From NCBI GenBank assembly GCA_001275005.1, contig JWZX01002564.1, forward strand, positions 1-39,478: a stretch of 39,478 bases of DNA, in the 5' to 3' direction. This DNA comes from Chrysochromulina tobinii. Lineage: Eukaryota. Below the pieces are notes generated by a model. The model saw nothing but the letters and a program-made list of their open reading frames with translations. It made no database searches and had not been told where the DNA came from. Below, piece by piece: positions 31,301 through 39,478 of this stretch. Each line of letters begins with the position of its first letter. Position 1 is the stretch's first letter. The position numbers were made by a program, and so were the translations under genes.

Positions 31301-32910
31301 CAGCCATGCCGCCACCGCCTGCGCGGCGGGCGACTCGACCCGGGCCAGTCGAACTCGTTCGTGGAGGGCCATCCGTCGCCGCTGCCGAGCCGTCCGCTGC
31401 CGAGCCTGTCGCCTCTGTCGCCGCTGCCGAGCCGGCCGCTGCTGGTGCTGCCGAGCTGGCCGCTTCTGCTGCCGTCGCCGCCGAGATGACGATCTCGCCG
31501 TCCGCGGATGCGAATGCTTTGGACGCGCCATGCGGATATTCATACGAGCTGGTCACGCTAGGGGAGCTGCGGCTGCTCGTGCGCTCCAAGCACCACGCCC
31601 TCATCGATGGCCGGCTGCGAAGCGCTCGGCTGTCTCGAGCGCTGTCACGAGCGCCCCAAGCCGAGGAGGCGCTGTCACGAGCGCATCAAGCAGAGGAGGC
31701 TGCCTTAGGAGGAGGCAGTGCCTCATTAGGAGGAGGCAGTGCCTCATTAGGAGGAGGCAGTGCATCATTAGGAGGAGGCAGTGCCTCATTAGGAGGAGGC
31801 AATGCCTCATTAGGAGGAGGCAGTGCCTCATTAGGAGGAGGCAGTGCCTCATTAGGAGGAGGCAGCGCCTCATTAGGTCGCGAAGGCACCGAGGGCGGCA
31901 CCGACGAGCGGGCGGTGCGCTGCTGCCTCAAGGTTCGCATGGAATACTTCCCCGACCGTTGGGAAGAGATGACCGCCGCCGAGCACGCTCGCTACTACGC
32001 CCAACTCGCCGTGCGCCCCGGCGCCAGGCTGCTGCTGTGCAACGTCTGCTGCTTGACTGGGCGTCTACGCCACTGGCATCTCATCTCTCTGGACGACCTC
32101 GCGACGCATGCGAAGCACACCGGCTTTGATGCGCCGCGTCGGCTGCGCCAGCTGCACGGGCTGCTGTGCGCGCTGCGAACTCAAGCCGCCGGCGAGCACA
32201 TGCTTCGTGGGCTCGTCGGCGACCGCTCGAAACTCACCCTATGGAGCGCAGGGCACTCGGCGCGAGACGAAAGCCTCGTGGATGTGCTCGGGGGCCTCGC
32301 TGAACATGCGGCGGGGGGCACGCGCGGCGGCGGCGGCGCGAGTCGCACACACCTGGACTTGCGCGCGGCGCAAGCGAAGGCGGGTCTCACCGACAGGGAC
32401 ACAGTCTCTTTCCAGATGCTCCAGTGGGAAAGGCCGCCGGGCGCACCGCTGCAGGCGTCGAACACCTTTGAGCTCGCGCCCGATCTCGCGCCCGATCTCG
32501 CGCCCGATCTCGCGCCCGATCTGGCGCCCAGTAGAACCACGTCTGCGCCGGCCACCGCCATCGACGACGAGCGGGCGGCGCCCCCCGCGGCGTCCCGTTC
32601 GCACGCATGCGAGCCGCCGCCCCGTGCGACGCCCGACTCAAGCTCCAGCGGTGGTGCCCACGCCAGCGCGCATCGTAGCCCAGGCGGCCGCGGCTCGCAG
32701 CGTGATGGCGCCCGTGATGGCGCCCAGGGCCGCGCTCATGGCGGCAAGGGCCGCGGTGACGCCAAGGGCGGTGGCAAGGGCGGTGGGCGCACTGCTGGTT
32801 TGCATCGTGCTCAAGGTGCTGGCAGAGGAGCCGAGCATTCTCAAGCTACAAGAACGAGTCGGAAAAGGCCCGGTCGTGATCTTGCGGATGATGATGCTTT
32901 GTTCGATTGA
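28356..32910 (+). CDS. ICE2/NARG2-like protein (little elongation complex subunit 2, NARG2_C domain); two exons (28356-30424, 30498-32910)
   Basis: A 73-nt GT..AG intron (30425-30497) joins the two ORFs in frame. ICE2-like blocks: SRYSSLSAREH, DPTMAALARQWRAHVGMASSAFVALL, LDLPVLI..TIFLDKPL..RHKNVKFF, YSYELVTLGELRLLVRS and KVRMEYFPDRWEEMTAAEHARYY. Confidence 0.75.
30708..30903. repeat. Nested coding repeat: PTMDRVAFPWP x3 interspersed with 15-bp PTTAL units
   Basis: CCCACCATGGA(T/C)AGAGTGGCCTTCCCCTGGCCG x3, followed by CCCACGACAGCGCTG in 2, 3 and 1 copies. Confidence 0.9.
31705..31877. repeat. 21-bp tandem repeat x8 encoding LGGGSAS
   Basis: TTAGGAGGAGGCAGTGCCTCA array. Confidence 0.95.
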
Positions 32911-33328
32911 TTTTACTTCGCAATACGAAAGAGAAAAAGCGCGCGGGTTAGGGGTTTTCTCACACACACCTCCCAGATCCCAGATCGCATACGATACCCG
33001 CGTCACTTTTTTCTGCACAGTTTCGATTCCGTGTTTCAAGCGCCGGAGGGCTGCGCGTGTAAGACCACTTAATAAACTAAGGGAGCTCTTAGACACGCAC
33101 TCATTCACATTCACACCCGTTGAACTTTTGCCACGGAGCCATTTTTCTTCGTCGGGGTGCCGCCGCCGCCGCCGAACACGCTACCCGTGTCCCGCTCGTA
33201 TGATGGCGCTGCCGCTTGTGTGATGCTGAATGACGCGCACGCCGCTGCCCGAAGTGTCGTGTCACGCTGAGTGAGCCACCGCGCTGTTGTCTCTGCATAG
33301 TTACTGCTGCCGCTGAGGGACACGGACG

Positions 33329-34467
33329 ATGAGCCAGAAGGAGGAAGAAGACACGCGCCCGGACGATCGGGAGTACGACGACGAGAGAAGTGACCGCCGC
33401 AACGATGACGACCGTCGACGGGACGACCGCGAGTATGAAGCGCCGCGCGACCGCGACCGCGACTACAATGACGGCGGCGGCTATGACGATCGCAACCGGG
33501 ATCATGGTGGGGCCCGCGGCGGGGACCGTGTCGGGGACCGCGGCAGCGAGCGGTACGACGATCGCAACTACGGCGGGGGCGGGGGCGAGGGAGGCGGGGG
33601 CGCCAAGTCGACAGGGACGGCGGTCTCGTGGTCGGACCGTGGGTTTGGCTTCATCAAGCCGGACGATGACGGTCCGGATCTTTTCTGCCACGCGTCAGCG
33701 ATCACGGACGGCAACGCGCTCGAGGCGAACAAAAAGGTGACGTACATCAAAATCTACGACGACCGGCGTGGCAAAGATCGCGCCGATCAGGTTACTGGTG
33801 GCGTCACCCGCGACACCCCGCCGCCTGGCGGTGGTGGCTTCGGAGGTGGTGGTTACGGCGGCGGCGCAATGTGCCATGACTTTGAGAAGGGACGATGCAC
33901 GCGCGGGTAGGCTCGACACGATTGCCCGTCGCTGCGTGTGCACTGCGTCTGCACGCCACACCCAAGCGCACCTAGGCGCCACCCGCTGCGCCCGCCACCC
34001 GCTGCGTCGCCGCCCGCCGGTCGCACGCATGCTGACTCGGACTTGCGTGTGCCTGTGCATGCTGACTCGGACTTGCGTGTGCCTGTGCATGCTGACTTGG
34101 ACTTGGGTGTGCCTGTGCATGCTCCGCAGCTCGGCATGCAAGTTTTCACACGCTGGCGGAGGCGGCGGTGGCTATGGTGGCGGCGGTTATGGTGGCGGCG
34201 GCTACGGTGGCGGCGGCTACGGCGGGGGCGGCTACGGCGGGGGCGGCAACGGGCGGGGGCGGCAACGGCTATGGTGGTGGATACGGCGGCGGCGGCAGTG
34301 GATATGGCGGCCCTCCTCGCGGATACAACGACGGACCCCGTGGCGGTGGATATGGCGGCGGCGGCGATCGCTACGGCGGCGGCGGCGGCGATCGCTACGG
34401 CGGCGGCGGCGGCGGCGATCGCTACGGCGACCGTGGCGGCGACCGTGGCGGCTACGGACGGTATTAA
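33329..34467 (+). CDS. Cold-shock domain + CCCH zinc finger glycine-rich RNA-binding protein; intron 33907-34129; apparent +1 frameshift near 34251
   Basis: CSD: STGTAVSWSDRGFGFIKPDDDGPDLFCHASAI. Splicing GG|GTAGGC...CCGCAG|C reconstitutes CHDFEKGRCTRGSACKFSH (C-x7-C-x5-C-x3-H). GGY/RGG tail. Confidence 0.85.
34027..34123. repeat. 30-bp intronic tandem repeat x3.2
   Basis: GCATGCTGACT(C/T)GGACTTG(C/G)GTGTGCCTGT, ending 6 nt before the 3' splice junction. Confidence 0.95.
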
Positions 34468-35363
34468 TTAAGCCCGGCGCTCGAGAGTCGTTTGGCGGAT
34501 GAGGCCACCAACGGCATGATGCGGGCGGTGACCGAGAAGATCCGAAGTCAAGTTTGGCGCAGGTGCCCTTCGAAACGCGGGGCGAGTCAGGAAGGTGCCT
34601 TTCACATTGTGTGTGTGAGCGGGAAAGCGGGCCAGGATTGCATGTTAATGCGATGGAACGCAGTCGCGTAGAGACATGTGAGTTGAGTGCGATTTTGTTG
34701 TGCGCGCGGGCGGCCGGGTCTCTGGGCACTGGGCGGCACTGGCGGGGCTGTGCGGTGGTGCGCGTGAGGCGAGAGGTGCGCGTGTTGACCGGTTTGTGGT
34801 TCCACAAAGCCGGAAGGGTATACTACAAGTACAACGTGGTATGTGCTACGTGGACGGTGGCCCTATTGGCTATTCCCTATTGCCACGCTCCACGGTACCA
34901 GGCTAGTACGGCGGAACGTCCAAAACGATCATGAATACGGCTCCTTCTATAGACTATAACGGTGCACCACGGCCGACGCGGCGACGGCCCGGCCACGCCA
35001 CGCGGCCACGGAGCGGATTCGGGCGTTACCCTCTCGCGGCTTCGGGCTTGACGGTTGCCCACGATTCACGCTTTTGTTCACCGCATCACAGCTTCTCAGC
35101 CGCTTCACCGGTCTGGGTTGCCGCGTACAGGCGAGAGGCCGGTCGTCTCCGAATTGTGACAAGCACACTGACAACGCGCCAGCCCAAAGAACCGTGAAGA
35201 GCGTGAGCGTACTCAGGAGAAAGCCGCGCGTGGCGCGACGAACGGCAGCGAATCGCCACCCAGACTCACCAGGGATATGGAGGGCGCCGTCGCGGCAGCG
35301 TGTGGGTGTACGGTCGCGCGCGCGCCGCACTGCAAGACCGTCCTGGCGGTACAGACTGACGCG

Positions 35364-36143
35364 CTACCGTCGGCTGCCTTTGGGGTCTGACACAGCAATT
35401 GTGCTTTCCACTCGCTGCCCATCCAAGGTGACTGCCACCCCAGCCCGGTTACCCACGCATTCATTTCCCGGGATACCGGCCACGAACGCCACGAATGTGT
35501 CATGCACGACGAGATCTCGTGCGCAGCCAATCCGCGTGACCGTGAAGAAGTTTTTGGCGCCACTCGGCGGTGGCTCCACTTCGGCGAGGTTGCCGAACTC
35601 ATCATGCGGCGATACTGCGCACTGAACGTTCGTGCCCAGCATGGCCACAGGCGGTGTACATAACACCTCAACAGAAGAGGCCACGCCAGGTAGCACCTCT
35701 ACGACGGAAGAGGCCCAAAAGAGAAGGTGCGACACGCGCACGCCAGCAAACCCTTCGGCACGCGTGGCGAAGGTCACACGGTGCGTGTGAGCGTAGTCCT
35801 CGAGCTGGAAGAACGGGGCAGCCTGCCCACTTGTCACTTGCGTGACGAACAGCATGGCCTCAGTCGCGTGGGGACTGGTGGTGATTACGCAAGTGACGTT
35901 GGAGCCAGCCAGCACAGCTTGAGGTGTACATTGCACCGACGTGAGCGCAGTGAAAGCGAGCTGCTGAACTCCAATCATGTAGCACACGAGGAGCAGGATT
36001 GCGACGCGCAAGATATATGCCACCATTCCACCATGTCGCTGCTGCGTGTGCTGCTTGTGCAGCTTGTCGCTCGCAAGTCGGTCATCGATCCAGGCGGCAG
36101 GTTGAGCCTCAACGTCGGCGGCTTGCTGCTGCCGTGGTCGCAT
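35364..36143 (-). CDS. Type II membrane protein with two filamin/Ig-like beta repeats
   Basis: ATG 36143 (MRPRQQQ). TM VAYILRVAILLLVCYMIGV. Repeated units CTPQAVLAGSNVTCVI and CTPPVAMLGTNVQCAVSPHDEFGN (filamin-like DxFGN motif). Confidence 0.65.
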   Translation of the reverse strand: MRPRQQQAADVEAQPAAWIDDRLASDKLHKQHTQQRHGGMVAYILRVAILLLVCYMIGVQQLAFTALTSVQCTPQAVLAGSNVTCVITTSPHATEAMLFVTQVTSGQAAPFFQLEDYAHTHRVTFATRAEGFAGVRVSHLLFWASSVVEVLPGVASSVEVLCTPPVAMLGTNVQCAVSPHDEFGNLAEVEPPPSGAKNFFTVTRIGCARDLVVHDTFVAFVAGIPGNECVGNRAGVAVTLDGQRVESTIAVSDPKGSRR

Positions 36144-36531
36144 CAGCGCGATCGAGCACGAGCCTGGCGGGATGACGCTGGCAGGACCGAGCGGCACAAA
36201 GGCAGGCTAACATTCTCGCCATCTCGGCCTCTTCACAAGAACAAAGCCTGGCCTGTGAATGTCAAACCGACACTTAATTCCTGAAGCTGTTTTTGTGGGC
36301 CACCGACGTCTCTACTGCAAGAGCGCCCATACCTGTACGAGAGATGATTTCGTTGAGCATGCCCTATAACGTTCGTCTGGCCGACGCCCGCGGAGCGACG
36401 CACATCCCAATCTTGTACGATACTACAGCGGGTACAGGGAGCTCAGGGGACGCAAGACGCGAACTAATGGGTGACCTCTTCAGCCGCCCATTTCGGTCTG
36501 CTCTCCAGTTTCTGAACGGAGCGCGCCGGGC

Positions 36532-38166
36532 TCAGGAGGGTGCCGCTGCACCTTTCTTCTTGGCTGCCTTCTCGTCCTTCTTCTTGGCCTTGTCGTCGGC
36601 CTTAGCCCCCTGAGTAGCCTTGGCCGATTCGTCCGCCGCGAGCTCACCCTCCTTCGCCTCCTTCTCATCCTTGGCCTTCAGGGTCGTTAGATCCTTCTGC
36701 GCCTTGGTCGCCGCTTTGCGCAGCGCGAGGGTCGATTTTTCGAGCTCCTTCATCTCCATCGCAGCGTTCTTCGCTGCATCCGTGAGCTTCGTGACAAAAG
36801 TCCTGAGCTCGCTTACGTCGATTGCGCCGCCGCCGTCGGTGTCGAGCTTCACGAAGAGTGCGTCGATTTCGGCGGGGGCTGCCTCCACGCCCAACTCGAG
36901 CACCGCATCGCGAAATTCATCTGCTTCGAGGCTGCCGTCACCGCTCTTGTCCCACTTGGTCATCACTTCGGCGACTTTCAAGTTCCTCGAGATGATCTTC
37001 TCGCCGATTTTGGCATCGACGCTTTTCACGCCACGCAGCTCGGCGAACCGAGCGTCCGCGCGCTCGCACGCGCGCGTCGCCTCGGCCACCTCCTTGATGA
37101 AGGCCGCCTTCTCGCGAATCTTCGCCGCCTTGTTGCGCATCAGCGCGGCCTCGTCCGCCGCCCCCTGGGCGGCGTCGATGAGCTTCTTGAAGGCGACTTT
37201 GAGCTCATTCACATCGAGCGAATCGTTTTTGTCAGCGTCCAGAAGACTGAAGTATTCATCAATCTCTTTATTGTCCGCTTTGACCTGGAGCTCAGTGCGC
37301 ACCGCGGTGCGGAACTCCATCTTGTTGAGCTCACCATCATTGTTCTTGTCCAACTTGCGGATGAATGCCAACTGTTTATCTTTTTCCTTGGGGTCAGGCT
37401 TCATCGAGTCGAGCTTCGCGATGAGCGCGGCCCCCATCCTACGCTCGAAGGTCGTATTCGGGTTGCTCGCCGCCTTCTCCGCCACCTCGCCCTCCTTGAG
37501 CGTTGCCTCGGCGATCTCGTCGATCACTGTGCTCGACAGCAGAGGCTTCTCGCCACCAGTGGGAGCCGAGGACGCGGCCGCCTTACTGCTTGTGCTACTG
37601 ACCTTGGCAGCTTTTTTAGGGGCGGCGCCCGGAGCGGCAGGTGGCGGCGTCGGAGCAGCAGGAGCGGCGGGAGCAGGGGTAGCGGACACCTTGCCCGCTT
37701 TGCCTGCTTTGCTGGCATTAGGCTTGGCATCGGACGCGTCAGCTTTGGCATCGGACGCTGCCGTCTTACTATGGTTGCCGGTGTCCTTGCCGGCATCCTT
37801 GCCGGCTTTGGGTTTGGCATCCGGTGAAGCAGGAGCAGAGGAGGCGGCCGCCATACCGCTTTTGCTGCTCTCCTTTTTGGGCTTCGCCGGCTCAGGTGTC
37901 GGTGGTGCTGGAGGAGCAGGGGGAGCAGCAGCTGCCTTGCTACTTTTGGCGGCGCCTTTGCCGGCGGCAAAAACGTTCTCGTCCGATGCGTCAGCTTTGG
38001 ATGAGCTGCTCAAGGACAGTTTCTTCTCAGCCGCCGCCGCCAAAGCAGAGTCCGTGGAAGCAGCAGCAGCAGCCGTTCCTTTACCACCGTCAGCTTTTGG
38101 GGGCGACGACTTTTCCTTGCGAGAGGACTTGCTTTTCGTGGAAGGTACGAAGACCACCTGGCTCAT
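36532..38166 (-). CDS. Four-EF-hand calcium-binding protein with low-complexity A/K/P/S N-terminus, 544 aa
   Basis: Loops DKNNDGELNKME, DADKNDSLDVNE, DKSGDGSLEADE and DTDGGGAIDVSE, arranged as two pairs, each followed by a helical segment. Confidence 0.9.
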   Translation of the reverse strand: MSQVVFVPSTKSKSSRKEKSSPPKADGGKGTAAAAASTDSALAAAAEKKLSLSSSSKADASDENVFAAGKGAAKSSKAAAAPPAPPAPPTPEPAKPKKESSKSGMAAASSAPASPDAKPKAGKDAGKDTGNHSKTAASDAKADASDAKPNASKAGKAGKVSATPAPAAPAAPTPPPAAPGAAPKKAAKVSSTSSKAAASSAPTGGEKPLLSSTVIDEIAEATLKEGEVAEKAASNPNTTFERRMGAALIAKLDSMKPDPKEKDKQLAFIRKLDKNNDGELNKMEFRTAVRTELQVKADNKEIDEYFSLLDADKNDSLDVNELKVAFKKLIDAAQGAADEAALMRNKAAKIREKAAFIKEVAEATRACERADARFAELRGVKSVDAKIGEKIISRNLKVAEVMTKWDKSGDGSLEADEFRDAVLELGVEAAPAEIDALFVKLDTDGGGAIDVSELRTFVTKLTDAAKNAAMEMKELEKSTLALRKAATKAQKDLTTLKAKDEKEAKEGELAADESAKATQGAKADDKAKKKDEKAAKKKGAAAPS

Positions 38167-38433
38167 CCTATACTTGCGCGGCTAGCTGAGTCGAGCAACA
38201 GCAAGAGGGTTGAGGCCGTATCCTCCAGCCGAGAGGGCGCGATTCATGAGATTTTTCGGAGTCTTTTGGAACGTTATGTTGTTTCAGGATTTGGGATTAG
38301 GGGGCCAAGGGCTGGTGTTCCATCGAGCGGCGCTGTGTCGGTTCATTTCAACTCTATTTTAGAGCCAATTTCAGAAGTAACACGACTGTCACGTCTCACG
38401 TCTGCACACGAACCACGTACTCGTCCCCTCTCT

Positions 38434-38525
38434 CGCGGCGCGTCGCGCGCGCTCGAAGATAAGCTCGAAGAAGCCCGCGGAACTCACGCACTCCGGTCAG
38501 CGGAAACCGCGGACGCCACCTACGG
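38434..38525 (+). repeat. Imperfect direct repeat, copy 1
   Basis: CGCGGCG..CGCGCTCGAA..AGCCCGCGGAACTCACGCAC..CCGGTCAGCGGAAACCGCGGACGCCACCTACGG; matches 39240-39319. Confidence 0.85.
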
Positions 38526-38571
38526 CCCGTTGTCGACGTGCACTGGTTGATTTAGAAAGTTGTATTCTTGG

Positions 38572-39036
38572 TCACTGCCCTCGTACCCGTACATGTTCCC
38601 GTACATGCACACACATCCAGTTGCCCTCTTCTTCCTCATCTTCCTCAACATCGTCGCCATATTCTTCCTCAGGATCGTCCTCAACGTCGTCGCTCTCGTC
38701 TTCACTCTGGTACAGGTAATACTCCTCCGGATGATCGAAGGCGTAGAGGACGCCCGCATAGCCCAGTCGTCCTCTACGCTGGTAGGCGTCGAGCTGCTTA
38801 CACTCGTCTCGCGTGATCGCTCGCCGCGAGATCGGATGTATGAACGAGCCGGTCGAGACGAGGTATAAGAGGTAGTTGGATAGCACGAAGCCGTCAAAGT
38901 ATGTGGCGTGCGACTCGTCTGTGCCGAGGTTGAAGGGTGGGTATGGGAGCGACGAAAGCGAAGCGTGCGAGATCGGATCTACCTCTGACTCGGACAGTCG
39001 TCGCCACCAGTCGTCGTCGCCATTCGGCGATCGCAT
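38572..39036 (-). CDS. Small U-box/RING-like domain protein with acidic tail, 154 aa
   Basis: DPIS...LPYPPF...YFDGFVLSNYL..STGSFIHPISRRAIT follows the U-box-like DPI..FD....P..R spacing. D/E-rich C-terminus. Confidence 0.55.
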   Translation of the reverse strand: MRSPNGDDDWWRRLSESEVDPISHASLSSLPYPPFNLGTDESHATYFDGFVLSNYLLYLVSTGSFIHPISRRAITRDECKQLDAYQRRGRLGYAGVLYAFDHPEEYYLYQSEDESDDVEDDPEEEYGDDVEEDEEEEGNWMCVHVREHVRVRGQ

Positions 39037-39239
39037 GAGCGGTCGTTGCGCAGAAACCAGAATTTAAGCAAATGCGCGAAGAGACTTGACTTGAAGAGAG
39101 TGCGCGGCCCGCTTTCACAAGTCCGTGAAACGAAGCCGTGAAAACCGCTAGAACTTGTGTTAGCATGAAGACTTGCGTTAGATTGTGTAGAATGTAAAGA
39201 CGGGTTCAAAAGCTTGTACAAGCGGTGCAATCGAACCCC

Positions 39240-39319
39240 CGCGGCGCTCGCGCTCGAAATAGCCCGCGGAACACACGCACCCGGACCCGGTCAGCGGACA
39301 CCGCGGACGCCACCTACGG
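39240..39319 (+). repeat. Imperfect direct repeat, copy 2
   Basis: CGCGGCGCTCGCGCTCGAAATAGCCCGCGGAACACACGCAC..CCGGTCAGCGGACACCGCGGACGCCACCTACGG. Confidence 0.85.
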
Positions 39320-39478
39320 ACGCCTCCCACGCAGCCGGGCGGGTCGGCGGCGGGCGCAGGCCTGCGGCGCACGCCGCAGCCGCGCCGGCATCGGTGCGAG
39401 GCAGCAGCCTCTGTGGGTTACGCACACGCACCAGGCGGGGAGGCGACGATGGCGGAACGCGGCGCGCGGAGACTAGAT

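Noticed and set aside
31705..31877. Repeat arrays (also 19528-19716 and 34027-34123) as CRISPR
   Set aside because: Head-to-tail units with no unique spacers, no cas genes, and a eukaryotic context.
36620..38185. 521-aa plus-strand ORF
   Set aside because: Antisense shadow of the EF-hand gene; stop-free antisense frames are expected at high GC.

Overview
A GC-rich, gene-dense eukaryotic nuclear region. By inference it comes from a flagellated alga, probably a haptophyte: it has ciliary genes, short GTGCGC/GTAGGC..CAG introns and very short intergenic spacers. About 19 protein genes are supported. Recognisable ones are CFAP206 (runs off the left edge), a BART+NYN+cold-shock fusion, a membrane-anchored DIPP-type Nudix hydrolase, an SPX-less EXS (XPR1/PHO1-like) protein, a spliced PLAC8-family protein, an ArfGAP, a malic enzyme, a LamG-like protein, an ICE2/NARG2-like protein, a CSD+CCCH glycine-rich RNA-binding protein, a filamin/Ig-like membrane protein, a 4-EF-hand protein and a small U-box-like protein. 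There are also several coiled-coil or orphan proteins and many coding tandem repeats. The best candidate for an undescribed system is the fusion of an ARL2/ARL3-binding BART domain to a catalytically intact-looking NYN ribonuclease and a cold-shock domain, head-to-head with the ciliary gene CFAP206. Other notable items are an intron bounded by a 16-nt direct repeat, a structured ~320-bp element with a TSD-like flank, and a small gene bracketed by ~80-90-bp direct repeats. All domain calls come from motif recognition by eye; no searches were run.
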